Shown: positions 8,864-18,845 of the stretch, piece after piece
Layout of the letters: every line of letters starts with the position of its first letter
Numbering within the stretch: the stretch's first letter is position 1
Origin: Sphingobacteriales bacterium
GTDB lineage: Bacteria > Bacteroidota > Bacteroidia > Sphingobacteriales > Sphingobacteriaceae
DNA: 64,000 bases
NCBI GenBank assembly: GCA_047632595.1
Contig: JBLIDK010000003.1
Location: 9,003 to 73,002 of the forward strand
Direction: 5' to 3'
Position numbers and translations under genes: made by a program
Notes under the pieces: model-generated
The model's input: the letters and a program-made list of their open reading frames with translations, nothing else
Told to the model about the DNA's origin: nothing
Database searches by the model: none

Positions 8864-9325
8864 ATGAAGAAAAATTTAATTTGCTATGCTATTGGTTTTT
8901 TAACACTTTTTTTAAGCCAAAGTACATTCGCACAAACATCTGTTACAAATTTAAATGTAACCGACTGGACAGAAATTGAAAGTCCAAATGCGCAATTATT
9001 TGAAATCTACTACGAAACGCAAACTTGCCCAATGGCAGGAACAGATGTGGTTCAAGAGTATGTTGTGTTAAGTTTCAATAATATTACTGACTTACCTATT
9101 ACTTTAACCTATGACTTAGAATTTCAATACACAAACTACTGTGCTAATTGTGATGCAACAAGTCCTGAGTTTCATTATGAAATTACTCTAAATTCAAACC
9201 AAAGTACTTCTGGGACTTGTGATAAATCTAAAAGCAGTGGTTTGCGCGTTTTCAAGCAGTTTACAACTATCGAAAATAAGAATACTCTGAAAAGTTTCAA
9301 GGTTAAAAACCTAGAGATTCTATAA
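8864..9325 (+). CDS. Hypothetical secreted protein
   Basis: Signal peptide (FLSQSTFAQ). Contains 5 Cys. I recognise no family. It sits 46 nt upstream of the giant cargo gene on the same strand. Confidence 0.5.
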   Translation: MKKNLICYAIGFLTLFLSQSTFAQTSVTNLNVTDWTEIESPNAQLFEIYYETQTCPMAGTDVVQEYVVLSFNNITDLPITLTYDLEFQYTNYCANCDATSPEFHYEITLNSNQSTSGTCDKSKSSGLRVFKQFTTIENKNTLKSFKVKNLEIL

Positions 9326-9371
9326 GAATTAATATTTCTCAAAAAACAACCTTTCTCACAATTAAACCAAG

Positions 9372-12300
9372 ATGATGAAATTTAAATTTACACTCCTATT
9401 TTTTGCATGTGTTCTTTTTACCCTAAACACAGTTGCGCAATGTGTAGTTAAAGCGACAGCTTCTTCTACAGTAATTTTTTGTGGCAATGAAGTTAAATTA
9501 GCTGCTACACATGTACCGGGCAGCTACGTTTTCGAAACAGATTTTAATACTGGTGCTGGCGTTGGCTGGGGAACTACTCCAAATGCGGTTTATACAAACC
9601 CTTGTGGTGCGCCTTTTGATGGATCACCTTATTTATGGTTTGATAATTCTTCAGCCAACCCAAGAACTGCAGTATCTGCAGCCTATGATCTAAGCACAGG
9701 TGGAAGTATCTGTTTTGTTATGCGTTTCGCAAAGCAAGATGATGGATCTCCATGTGAGGGACCAGACTTAGAAGATGAAGGAGTGTTTTTAGATTATTCA
9801 TTAGATGGTACTAATTGGGCAAATATAGAGTACTATAGCCCAAATGGTGGATTTGACCCTGAGAGAATAAATTGGAAAGAATATTGTGTAATTATACCAG
9901 ATAGTGCTAAAACAGCTTCAACTAAAATTAGATGGCACCAACCGAATGCATCTCCTCCAACAGTTCCGGGTAGTACAGATTTTGCTTTTGATCACTGGGG
10001 TTTAGAGAATATTTTAGTTACTACAAATGATCCCAACTTTATATACAAATGGGAGCATACGGGCATTGTAAAAGGGGATGGCTCTACGCCCATTGTTAAA
10101 CCTATTGCAACAACTACTTATAATGTTGCTTATTACGATACATCTGGTTTAACCAATGATTCTTGCAATGCAAGTGTAACTATCACGACTAGTTTGCCTG
10201 TAGTAACAGCATTAGCATTAGATCCTATTGTTTGTCCTGAAGAAGACGCAAGATTAATTGCAATTAGTTCTTTAATTAATCCAGTTCCTACAGATTGTGG
10301 ATTAGAAAACTACCAAGGTTGTGTACCAGGAAGAAGTAATGCAACTGAAGTTACACTTGGAAACGGAAACACCATACCTGCATATAATGGAGGAGAAGAA
10401 AATCCTTATGGTGATTTCGGTACAGCAACTTATACGGCTCAGTTTTTATATCATGCAGATCAGTTAAATGCACAAGGAATGTCAGCTGGAAGAATAACAT
10501 CTTTGTCTTTCGATGTGCCTAGTATTCAGGCCAATGGAAATACATCAAGTACATCCAAGAATTTACCAAATTTTAGAATTGCCATTTCATGTACCAACAA
10601 AACTACAATGAATGCCTTTGAATCAGGCATGATGGAAGTATACAGTCCTAGAACACAGAAGGTTGCAACTGGAAGAAATGATTACTTTTTTGAGAATGCC
10701 TTTAGATGGGATGGAAAAACAAACATTGTGGTAGAAATTTGTTGGTACTACCCTGATGGAGAAAGCTCAAGTTATAATCAAAGTGAGTATCCAGCAACTA
10801 GAGGGTACAACCCTGGTTATCAATCATCTAGAGCTTCAACCACCAATTTTTCCGACGGTTTCTGTGACAAAAGCAATCAAATCGCAGCAGACAGTTATTT
10901 ACCTAATACTATATTTGGTTTTTGCATACCTAAGAACCCAGAATTAGAATATACTTGGACGCCTAGCGAAGCCTTTTCTGACAATGACAGTAGTTATGCT
11001 GTAGCAACTTTGGGGCATAATACAACAACCTATACAGTTACTGTGGGAGAAGTTGGAGGAGTGCCAGGATGTGAAGTAAGTGCAGATGTTGAAGTTTTAG
11101 TTCAAAAACCACAAATATCGTTCATTCCTACTGATCCTGAAATTTGTTCTGGGGATAGTATAGAAATAATAGCTAATATTGATGCAATTGGAGTAGCTAT
11201 ATCTCCGGTGTTGTTTAGTAAAACAGTAAATGCAACCATTCCAGATCCACCTTTAATTGGCACGCCTCCAGGATTAACATCCACAATAAATGTAGCCGGA
11301 ATAAGTCCAGTAGCATTAAATGCGGGTTCTATAGTGAAAGTTTGTATGAATATTGATCATGATAGACTATCAGAGCTTCAAGTTTCGTTAACTAGCCCTT
11401 CTGGAACAGTAATAAACCTTGTTGACCGAATAGGTGGAGAAGGCGATGATTATATTAACACTTGTTTTACTTTGACTGGGGCTGCTTTACCTCCAAATGG
11501 CGCTCCTTACACTGGCGAATGGTCTCCAGCAAATCCATTTACAAACTTTGCAGGTAATAATGCAAACGGGAATTGGGTGCTTAGAGTTAGAGATTATGTA
11601 GGAGGATATTTAGTAACTCCAGTTCCACCAGTATTTGATACTGTAAGTGGAGATTTACTTAACTGGTCGATTGACATTAACGGTTCTCAACCAAACTTTA
11701 TCACTTATTTTGAATGGCAAAATGCTGCTACTTTAAATAGAAATGATAGCGTGGTGGTAAAATCAGGTACCTCTGACACTACAACTTATACGGTGTATGC
11801 AACAGATCAAGCTGGTTGTGAAACTACAGAAGAGGTAACCGTTAAAGTTACTCCTCCTAGTGTACCTGAAATTACTATTGCAGAAAGTGTAAATAATTTC
11901 TGTGAAGGAGATGAAACGGTAATATTTACTGCTACGCCAGTTAATGGTGGTGCAAGACCTTCTTATCAATGGTATAAAAATGGAGGCCCGGTAGGTTTAG
12001 ATCAAAGTACTTACACTCCTTCTACTTTAGAAGATGGTGATGTTATAACTGCAAAATTAACTTCAAGTGAAGCTTGTGCAGCTCCTTTGGAAGTAACTTC
12101 AACTGGTATTACTATGGTTATTAATGACTTTGATGATGCAAACTTTACCTATGCTACTGCAACGTTTTGTTCAAATGATGCAAATACAATAAGTCCAAGT
12201 GGTCCAGTAACAGCTGGTGGTGTTTGGACAATTAATCCAGTTCCAACTGCAGGATTTAATAGTACAACTGGTGCATTTACACCGAATTTAATGGGTGACG

Positions 12301-14315
12301 ATTCTTATGATATTAAATACGTAACAAGTAATGCTTGTCCAGATTCTAATGAAGTAACTGTTTCAGTTGTTACAGATGTAAATGCTGCATTTACCTATCC
12401 AAAAACAAGCTATTGTGTTTCTGAAGACAATACTTTTGCAAACTTTACTACTGGAACAGCTGGAACTTTTAGCGCAAACGACGGCGGTTTATTTTTTGAA
12501 AACACATCGAATGGAGAAATAAATATTAAAAAAAGTACACCAGGAACTTATGAAGTTTATAACATCATAACTGGTGGTGGTGATTGTGGAGAGGCAAAGG
12601 ATACTTTTGATATTATCATTAACGCATTGCCTGATGCTTTATTTAATGTCCTAGGGACAGACTACTGCACTAAAAATGGTATTGAAGTTGCTTTAACTCC
12701 TGCTTTAGCTGGTGGTACTTTTAGTGGTAACGGTGTTTATGTAGATACATTCAAAGTTGATAGTGTAGCTTTAGGTTCTCATACCATTCGTTATGATATT
12801 ACTGATGTGAAAGGTTGTATCGATTCAAGTTTTCAATCAACTAAAGTTAATCCATTACCAAATGCAGCTTTCCAAGGTTTAGATGCCCAGTATTGTATTG
12901 ATGCAAGTAGTGCAACATTGGCCGGAACGGTATCAGGTGGAACATTTAAAGGACCTGGAATTGCTAGTAACCTGTTTAGCCCTGCTGCTGCAGGTGTTGG
13001 TACCCACACTATAACCTATACAAGAGCAAATGCTTTTGGTTGTGTAGATAGTACTTCGCAACAAGTAACAATTAATGGCTTACCAGATGCATCATTTACA
13101 GGGTTGATTTTAGACAACTGTGTTTATGATGTTAGTTACGGATTAGTACCAGCTTTAAACGGTGGTGTATTTAGCGGTAAAGGAATTACTGACAGTATAT
13201 TTGACCCTGCTATTGTCGGTTCTGGAAACTATACAATTACTTATAACATTACTGATGTTAATGGCTGTAAGAGTAATTCTAGCCAACCAGTTAATATTTA
13301 CGAAAGACCAGTGGTAACAACTGATGGCGATACGTCTTTATGTGTTGGAGAGTCTGCAAGCTTATTTGTATCTGCCCTTAATAGTACATATAGATGGTCG
13401 CCAGGTGTAACTTTAAATGATTCCATCAGTGCAACACCATTAGCAACTCCAACGGCTACTACCACCTATACAGTTTCAGTAACAGATGAATTCTGTATAA
13501 ATTCTGGTTCAGTTGAAGTTATTGTGAATGAAATACCAGTTGCCGATGCAGGTGCTGATGCTTCGAAATGTCCACAAGATATTATTCAACTTACAGCTGA
13601 AAATGTATTGGGTGCAGATTTCTTATGGTCTCCAGCAGATGGTTTAAGCAACCCTAACATTTTTAATCCGATGTGTAATGTGCCAACAAATACAACTTAC
13701 ACGCTTACGGTTACTAAAAACGGTTGTGTTGCTACAAGTGAATTAACAATTACAAATGATCCATTACCTATAGCTTCATTTACATTTAATAAAGATTCAT
13801 TAAATGTAGATTTTGTTGGCAATACAGCAGATGGAATTACTTTCTGGAAATGGGATTTCGGAGACAGAACGAACCCTTCATTCCAAAAAAGTCCATCTCA
13901 TGCATTTGCACAAATTGGTACTTTTATAATTACTTTAATTGTTAGAAATCCATGCGGAGCTGATACCGTTGTATTTGAAATTGATGTAACTGGCGGTATA
14001 GGTTCTGGCGGTACTGGTGGAGATTCAACAACTTCAGTTCAACCAACTCAAGTTTTAAACGCAAGTGTTAATCTTTATCCTAATCCATTTAATGATGGAA
14101 TTACATTGGATGTAGAAGCCAAAAAGCAATTGAATTTCACTTATGAAATAATCAATCTTTTAGGTCAAACAACCTTTTTAAGTCAAGAAACGATAATAAA
14201 AAGCGGTTTGAATAGCTTAAAACTAGATAATAGCCAATTTGGAGAAGGACAAGTGTTTTTTGTTAAATTGAATCTAGAAGATGAGATTGCTATTTACAAG
14301 GTAATTAAGCAATAA
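9372..14315 (+). CDS. Giant (1647 aa) secreted adhesin-like T9SS cargo with a proprotein-convertase P-domain, Ig/PKD-like repeats and a type A sorting domain
   Basis: Signal peptide. P-domain-like segment (LSELQVSLTSPSGTVINLV...GNWVLRVRDY). Repeated GG.FSG.GI...G.HTITY modules. PKD-like WKWDFGD. C-terminal LYPNPFNDGITLDV tail. Confidence 0.85.
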   Translation: MMKFKFTLLFFACVLFTLNTVAQCVVKATASSTVIFCGNEVKLAATHVPGSYVFETDFNTGAGVGWGTTPNAVYTNPCGAPFDGSPYLWFDNSSANPRTAVSAAYDLSTGGSICFVMRFAKQDDGSPCEGPDLEDEGVFLDYSLDGTNWANIEYYSPNGGFDPERINWKEYCVIIPDSAKTASTKIRWHQPNASPPTVPGSTDFAFDHWGLENILVTTNDPNFIYKWEHTGIVKGDGSTPIVKPIATTTYNVAYYDTSGLTNDSCNASVTITTSLPVVTALALDPIVCPEEDARLIAISSLINPVPTDCGLENYQGCVPGRSNATEVTLGNGNTIPAYNGGEENPYGDFGTATYTAQFLYHADQLNAQGMSAGRITSLSFDVPSIQANGNTSSTSKNLPNFRIAISCTNKTTMNAFESGMMEVYSPRTQKVATGRNDYFFENAFRWDGKTNIVVEICWYYPDGESSSYNQSEYPATRGYNPGYQSSRASTTNFSDGFCDKSNQIAADSYLPNTIFGFCIPKNPELEYTWTPSEAFSDNDSSYAVATLGHNTTTYTVTVGEVGGVPGCEVSADVEVLVQKPQISFIPTDPEICSGDSIEIIANIDAIGVAISPVLFSKTVNATIPDPPLIGTPPGLTSTINVAGISPVALNAGSIVKVCMNIDHDRLSELQVSLTSPSGTVINLVDRIGGEGDDYINTCFTLTGAALPPNGAPYTGEWSPANPFTNFAGNNANGNWVLRVRDYVGGYLVTPVPPVFDTVSGDLLNWSIDINGSQPNFITYFEWQNAATLNRNDSVVVKSGTSDTTTYTVYATDQAGCETTEEVTVKVTPPSVPEITIAESVNNFCEGDETVIFTATPVNGGARPSYQWYKNGGPVGLDQSTYTPSTLEDGDVITAKLTSSEACAAPLEVTSTGITMVINDFDDANFTYATATFCSNDANTISPSGPVTAGGVWTINPVPTAGFNSTTGAFTPNLMGDDSYDIKYVTSNACPDSNEVTVSVVTDVNAAFTYPKTSYCVSEDNTFANFTTGTAGTFSANDGGLFFENTSNGEINIKKSTPGTYEVYNIITGGGDCGEAKDTFDIIINALPDALFNVLGTDYCTKNGIEVALTPALAGGTFSGNGVYVDTFKVDSVALGSHTIRYDITDVKGCIDSSFQSTKVNPLPNAAFQGLDAQYCIDASSATLAGTVSGGTFKGPGIASNLFSPAAAGVGTHTITYTRANAFGCVDSTSQQVTINGLPDASFTGLILDNCVYDVSYGLVPALNGGVFSGKGITDSIFDPAIVGSGNYTITYNITDVNGCKSNSSQPVNIYERPVVTTDGDTSLCVGESASLFVSALNSTYRWSPGVTLNDSISATPLATPTATTTYTVSVTDEFCINSGSVEVIVNEIPVADAGADASKCPQDIIQLTAENVLGADFLWSPADGLSNPNIFNPMCNVPTNTTYTLTVTKNGCVATSELTITNDPLPIASFTFNKDSLNVDFVGNTADGITFWKWDFGDRTNPSFQKSPSHAFAQIGTFIITLIVRNPCGADTVVFEIDVTGGIGSGGTGGDSTTSVQPTQVLNASVNLYPNPFNDGITLDVEAKKQLNFTYEIINLLGQTTFLSQETIIKSGLNSLKLDNSQFGEGQVFFVKLNLEDEIAIYKVIKQ
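12620..13310 (+). repeat. Three tandem ~75-aa Ig-like coding repeats inside the giant cargo gene
   Basis: The pattern LPDA.F....D.C......L.P...GG.FSG.G.....F.P...G.G.HTI.Y.....GC..S recurs three times in the translation. Confidence 0.7.
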
Positions 14316-14381
14316 GAATTACAACTATTTTGTAAGCCCCTATTTGTTGGTAAATAGCTAGCGAATAAGGGTTTTTTTATT
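14019..14381 (+). repeat. CTD-plus-terminator cassette, copy 1 (direct repeat of 15225..15587)
   Basis: 363 nt with about 7 mismatches to copy 2 by eye. It covers the last ~98 codons of the giant gene, the stop codon and a downstream hairpin/T-run. Confidence 0.9.
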
Positions 14382-14576
14382 GAACAATATTTTATAAATA
14401 AATTGAAGTAAATCTATACACTTGAGAAATGGGCAAAGGCCATTTATAAAATATTTTGTATATTCCACATTCGTTTGAATTTATTGAATAGCGAAAAAGG
14501 CAGTGACAACAATGCTTTTCATTATGATAAAGCCAAGAAAAACATCAGAATAACTGTTTTACTAAATAGAGTAATT

Positions 14577-15521
14577 ATGAAAAAACTTGCAATACTAGCA
14601 ATAGTCACTTTTATCTCCATTACCGCTTTTGCACAAAGAACTACTGTAGACACAATAGGCGCAACTTGTGACGCTGCCTATGTAATTTGCGATAAAAACG
14701 GATTGGTTGTTACCGATGTGCAAAATGGTTCAAATGCTTCCTTGGTGGCAAACAGTCCTAGTTGTTTTGGAAAGCCTCGGAAACAATCAGTTTATGTAAA
14801 ATTTACTGTAAGTAAAACAGGAACTTTAGAGTTTATTATTTCTCCTTTGGATTCTGCACGAGCTTTAGTTGCAGATCAAACTGCATCTGAATATGATTAT
14901 GGCTTATATAATTTTACTGGATGCTCTGGTTCTGGTGCAGAAATGAATTTAGCCGATGAGATTTGCTGTAATTTTAACTCAAACTATCGAACAGCAAATA
15001 GATATAGAACGGGAATTACAAATGCTGGTGGTAAAATTTGTGGTGGTTCAACATCTCACGATCCATTTTCAAAGTCAATTGCCGTTACAGAAGGAAATGA
15101 ATATGTTATTTTAATTGATAGAGATTATTTAGATAACCCATCTGGTCCAGGTAATAGTGCAAATGGTGGTTTTCTATTAACTTTTGGGGGCTCTTTTGAA
15201 ATCAAAAATACTGGTACTGCCTGTGGAGATTCAACAACTTCAGTTCAATCAACTCAAGTTTTAAACGCAAGTGTTAATCTTTATCCTAATCCATTTAATG
15301 ATGGAATTACATTGGATGTAGAAGCCAAAAAGCAATTGAATTTCACTTATGAAATAATCAATCTTTTAGGTCAAACAACCTTTTTAAGTCAAGAAACGAT
15401 AATAAAAAGTGGTTTGAATAGCTTAAAACTAGATAATAGTCAGTTTGGAGAAGGACAAGTGTTTTTTGTTAAATTGAATCTAGAAGATGAGATTGCTATT
15501 TACAAGGTAATTAAGCAATAA
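14577..15521 (+). CDS. Secreted Cys-rich cargo domain protein with a T9SS type A sorting domain (paralog A)
   Basis: I chose the start at MKKLAILAIVTFISITAFAQ because it is identical to the paralog B signal peptide. The N-terminal ~215 aa are ~85% identical to 15866..17071. The C-terminal ~98 aa are nearly identical to the end of the giant protein. Confidence 0.8.
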   Translation: MKKLAILAIVTFISITAFAQRTTVDTIGATCDAAYVICDKNGLVVTDVQNGSNASLVANSPSCFGKPRKQSVYVKFTVSKTGTLEFIISPLDSARALVADQTASEYDYGLYNFTGCSGSGAEMNLADEICCNFNSNYRTANRYRTGITNAGGKICGGSTSHDPFSKSIAVTEGNEYVILIDRDYLDNPSGPGNSANGGFLLTFGGSFEIKNTGTACGDSTTSVQSTQVLNASVNLYPNPFNDGITLDVEAKKQLNFTYEIINLLGQTTFLSQETIIKSGLNSLKLDNSQFGEGQVFFVKLNLEDEIAIYKVIKQ

Positions 15522-15587
15522 GAATTACAACTATTTTGTAAGCCCTTATTTGTTGGTTAATAGCTAACGAATAAGGGTTTTTTTATT
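15225..15587 (+). repeat. CTD-plus-terminator cassette, copy 2
   Basis: See 14019..14381. Confidence 0.9.
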
Positions 15588-15865
15588 AATTAATATTTGA
15601 TACAGTACTTGTTGATTTTTAAAAAGTTCACTTTAAAAAATAACATTATTGGAGAGTATTTTGATTTTGTGGGCTTCAAACAAGGAATACAAAGGTTTTT
15701 GACTGACAAAAAATTTACAAAATCCCTTTAAAGTACTAGAATATTCAGTATCTTACGCATTCGTTTGAACCTATTGGAAAGCGAAAATATTAGTGTTGGC
15801 AGAACATTTGTTAACATAAAGCCAAGAAAAACAATAGAAAAACTGTTTGGGTAGATAGATTACTT

Positions 15866-17071
15866 ATGAAAAAACTTGCAATACTAGCAATAGTCACTTT
15901 TATCTCAATTACCGCTTTTGCACAAATAACTACTGTAAACCAAATAGGCGCAACTTGTGACGCTGCCTATGTAATTTGCGATAAAAATGGATTGGCTGTT
16001 ACTGATGTGCAAAATGGTTCAAATGCTTCCAAGGCAAACAGTCCTAGTTGTTTTGGAAAGCCTCGGAAACAATCAGTTTATGTAAAATTTACTGTTCGTA
16101 AAACAGGAACTTTAGAGTTTATCATTTCCCCATTAGATTCTGCTTTGGCAGATGTTGCAGGACAAACTGCATCAGAATATGATTATGGCTTATATGATTT
16201 TACTGGATGCTCTGGTGCAGATATGAATTTAGCCGATGAGATTTGCTGTAATTTTAACTCAAACTTTCGAACAGCAGGTAAATATAGAACGGGAATTACA
16301 AGTTTTGGTCTAGCAACCTGTGGTGGTAGTGCTGGTGCATCTCTCGATCCATTTTCGGCGCCAATTACCGTTACAGAAGGAAATGAATATGTTATTTTAA
16401 TTGATAGAGATATTTTAGATAACCCAAAAGGACCTGGTAATTCTGCAGATGGTGGTTTTCTATTAACTTTTGGTGGGTCTTTTGAAATAGAACCATTTCC
16501 AGATATGAGCTTTAACGGTTCTAATGCTGCAGATCAAATTTTTTGCTGTAGTCCTGAATTTATTTCTGTTATGAACCAAAGTGATTATTTAGCACCAACT
16601 GTAACACATACATGGGATTTTGCAAATGGAAACATTTCATCTCTTGAGTCTCCAGATTCGACTGAGTTCGCTACTGCTGGTGATTATTTGGTAGGCTATA
16701 CTTATGAAGGACAAGATGGATGTACCTATACTTCTTCTAGGCAATTCACTTTATTACCTCCATCAGCTATGTTAATTCCCACGGCATTTTCACCAAATGG
16801 AGATAATATTAATGATGATTGGAGAATTACTGTCGAAGGTTTAAACACGTATAGAATATCTGTGTATAACCGTTGGGGAGAACGTGTATTTGACGCTTCT
16901 AGCAACGATGCCGCAGCGATAGTTGGTATTTCTGGTACAATCACATGGGATGGTAATGTTCAAGGTACAAGTACACCTATTGAACAAGGAGTATATGTAT
17001 TTGCTGCTGTTGGAGAAGGTCTTGATGGTAATAAATACGATCTTAAGGACGCACTGACTATTTTAAGATAA
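15866..17071 (+). CDS. Secreted Cys-rich cargo domain protein with a PKD-like segment and a T9SS type B (gliding-motility-associated) C-terminal domain (paralog B)
   Basis: It has the same signal peptide and N-domain as paralog A. The C-terminus (IPTAFSPNGDNINDDW...YRISVYNRWGERVFD...WDG) matches the type B CTD pattern. Confidence 0.85.
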   Translation: MKKLAILAIVTFISITAFAQITTVNQIGATCDAAYVICDKNGLAVTDVQNGSNASKANSPSCFGKPRKQSVYVKFTVRKTGTLEFIISPLDSALADVAGQTASEYDYGLYDFTGCSGADMNLADEICCNFNSNFRTAGKYRTGITSFGLATCGGSAGASLDPFSAPITVTEGNEYVILIDRDILDNPKGPGNSADGGFLLTFGGSFEIEPFPDMSFNGSNAADQIFCCSPEFISVMNQSDYLAPTVTHTWDFANGNISSLESPDSTEFATAGDYLVGYTYEGQDGCTYTSSRQFTLLPPSAMLIPTAFSPNGDNINDDWRITVEGLNTYRISVYNRWGERVFDASSNDAAAIVGISGTITWDGNVQGTSTPIEQGVYVFAAVGEGLDGNKYDLKDALTILR

Positions 17072-17089
17072 TAACATCTTAAAGGGTTA

Positions 17090-17425
17090 ATGCCTTCAGA
17101 ATACATTTATCATTTTACGGACTTAATGTTTTGGGAACAACAACCCGAAAATGACTCTTATGTCTCTAAAACATTCTCGGAAGAAAAATTTATTCATCTT
17201 TCAGATTATAAGCACTTGCAAAAGTCAATGGAGCTTTACGCTTCAGATGATGAACAAATAATCCTAAAAATTAACAGCAACCTTGTAAAAGGCAAGCTAA
17301 TTTGGGAGTTCGCTCCAAGTAGAAATGCTGAATTCCCGCATTTATACGCACCGCTAAACAAAAACAGCATTGTAGAAACTTTTAGAACCTCCACTAAAAG
17401 CATTGCTGGCTTGATAATTGATTAA
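17090..17425 (+). CDS. DUF952 family protein
   Basis: 111 aa with FIHLS and a C-terminal FPHLYAPLN motif, both typical of DUF952. Confidence 0.7.
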   Translation: MPSEYIYHFTDLMFWEQQPENDSYVSKTFSEEKFIHLSDYKHLQKSMELYASDDEQIILKINSNLVKGKLIWEFAPSRNAEFPHLYAPLNKNSIVETFRTSTKSIAGLIID

Positions 17426-17587
17426 ATTTTTCACTTTTCATTCTTCATTTTTAATTTATAAGATTCAGCCAAAAACTTGAAATGTTGAACATTCATACAG
17501 GTCCAGAAATCAAAGCCATAAATAAATAATGCAATCTCTTTTTAAGTGAAAAAAACAACTTCTATATTAGGGTAAAATCAGCGCCCT

Positions 17588-18661
17588 ATGACAACGAAGA
17601 AATCACTGGAATTTTTTGAAAAATACATTAACATAGCCTCACCAACAGGTAACGAACAAGGCGGTCAGCAACTTTGGCTCGACTATATTCGACCTTTCAT
17701 CGACGATCACTTTGTCGATAATTACGGTTCAGTAGTAGGAATTGTAAACCCAAAAGCAAAGTACAAAGTAGTTATTGAAGCTCATGCCGATGAGATAAGT
17801 TGGTTTGTAAACTATATTACAGATGATGGCTTGCTTTATTTACGTCGTAACGGCGGATCTGACCACATGATTGCACCTTCAATGCGCGTGAATATACATA
17901 CAGACAACGGTCCGGTAAAAGCAGTATTTGGATGGCCTGCTATTCACACTCGCAACGCGGCAAAAGAAGAAGCACCTTCTATGAAGAATATCTTCTTAGA
18001 TTGTGGTTGCACTACGAAAGAAGAGGTTGAAAAACTAGGAATCTACGTTGGGTGTATGGCAACTTTTGAAGATGAATACATGATGTTAAATAAGAAGTAC
18101 CATGTAGGACGTGCTTTAGATAACAGAGCAGGTGGTTTTATGATAGCCGAAGTGCTTCGTCATCTTAAAGAAAACAAAAAGCAACTTGATTTTGGTTTGT
18201 ATGTTGTAAACTCTGTACAAGAAGAAATTGGTTTACGTGGAGCTGAAATGATGGCGAACAGAATAAAGCCAGATGTAGCAATAATTACAGATGTGACTCA
18301 TGATACCACCACTCCAATGATTGACAAGAAAACACATGGAGATATTAGTTGTGGTAAAGGTCCTGTTGTAACTTATGCACCAGCCATTCAAAATAATTTG
18401 CGAAAACTAATTTTAGAAACTGCAACTAAAATGAAAATACCTTTCCAACGATTAACAGCTTCACGAGCAACTGGAACAGATACTGATGCTTTTGCATATT
18501 CAAACGATGGAGTAGTATCAGCATTAATATCGTTACCATTAAGATACATGCATACTACAGTTGAAATGGTGCATAAAGATGACCTGAATAATGTGATAAA
18601 AATGATTTATGAAACATTATTGCAAATTAAAGATGGTCAAGACTTTAGGTACTTTAAATAA
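17588..18661 (+). CDS. M42 family metallopeptidase (glutamyl aminopeptidase/FrvX-like)
   Basis: HADEI, GRALDNRAG and QEEIGLRGA motifs. Length is 357 aa. Confidence 0.88.
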   Translation: MTTKKSLEFFEKYINIASPTGNEQGGQQLWLDYIRPFIDDHFVDNYGSVVGIVNPKAKYKVVIEAHADEISWFVNYITDDGLLYLRRNGGSDHMIAPSMRVNIHTDNGPVKAVFGWPAIHTRNAAKEEAPSMKNIFLDCGCTTKEEVEKLGIYVGCMATFEDEYMMLNKKYHVGRALDNRAGGFMIAEVLRHLKENKKQLDFGLYVVNSVQEEIGLRGAEMMANRIKPDVAIITDVTHDTTTPMIDKKTHGDISCGKGPVVTYAPAIQNNLRKLILETATKMKIPFQRLTASRATGTDTDAFAYSNDGVVSALISLPLRYMHTTVEMVHKDDLNNVIKMIYETLLQIKDGQDFRYFK

Positions 18662-18757
18662 GGCCTTATACTTTAATGACATCAGCTTTTAGTCTTTAGG
18701 GAACTTGTTCTCTAAATTTAAGCGATGTTTATTTTTAATTAGTGTTGTTTTAATAAA

Positions 18758-18794
18758 ATACCCGAGGATTTAACCCTTCGGGTATTTTAATTTT
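18758..18794 (+). terminator. Rho-independent terminator after the M42 peptidase gene
   Basis: tacccga...tcgggta stem followed by tttaatttt. Confidence 0.5.
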
Positions 18795-18845
18795 AATGCC
18801 AAAAAGTAACTAATTTTTCTCAATTTCGCTTCTTAAAGTAAAAAC

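Noticed and set aside
14475-14576. 34-codon N-terminal extension of paralog A (MNLLNSEKG...)
   Set aside because: The paralog at 15866 starts exactly at the equivalent MKKLAILAIV signal peptide. The extension would bury that signal peptide.
17483-17530. 15-codon ORF (MLNIHTGPEIKAINK) upstream of the M42 peptidase gene
   Set aside because: It has no terminator, no distinctive composition and no supporting context. It is indistinguishable from chance.
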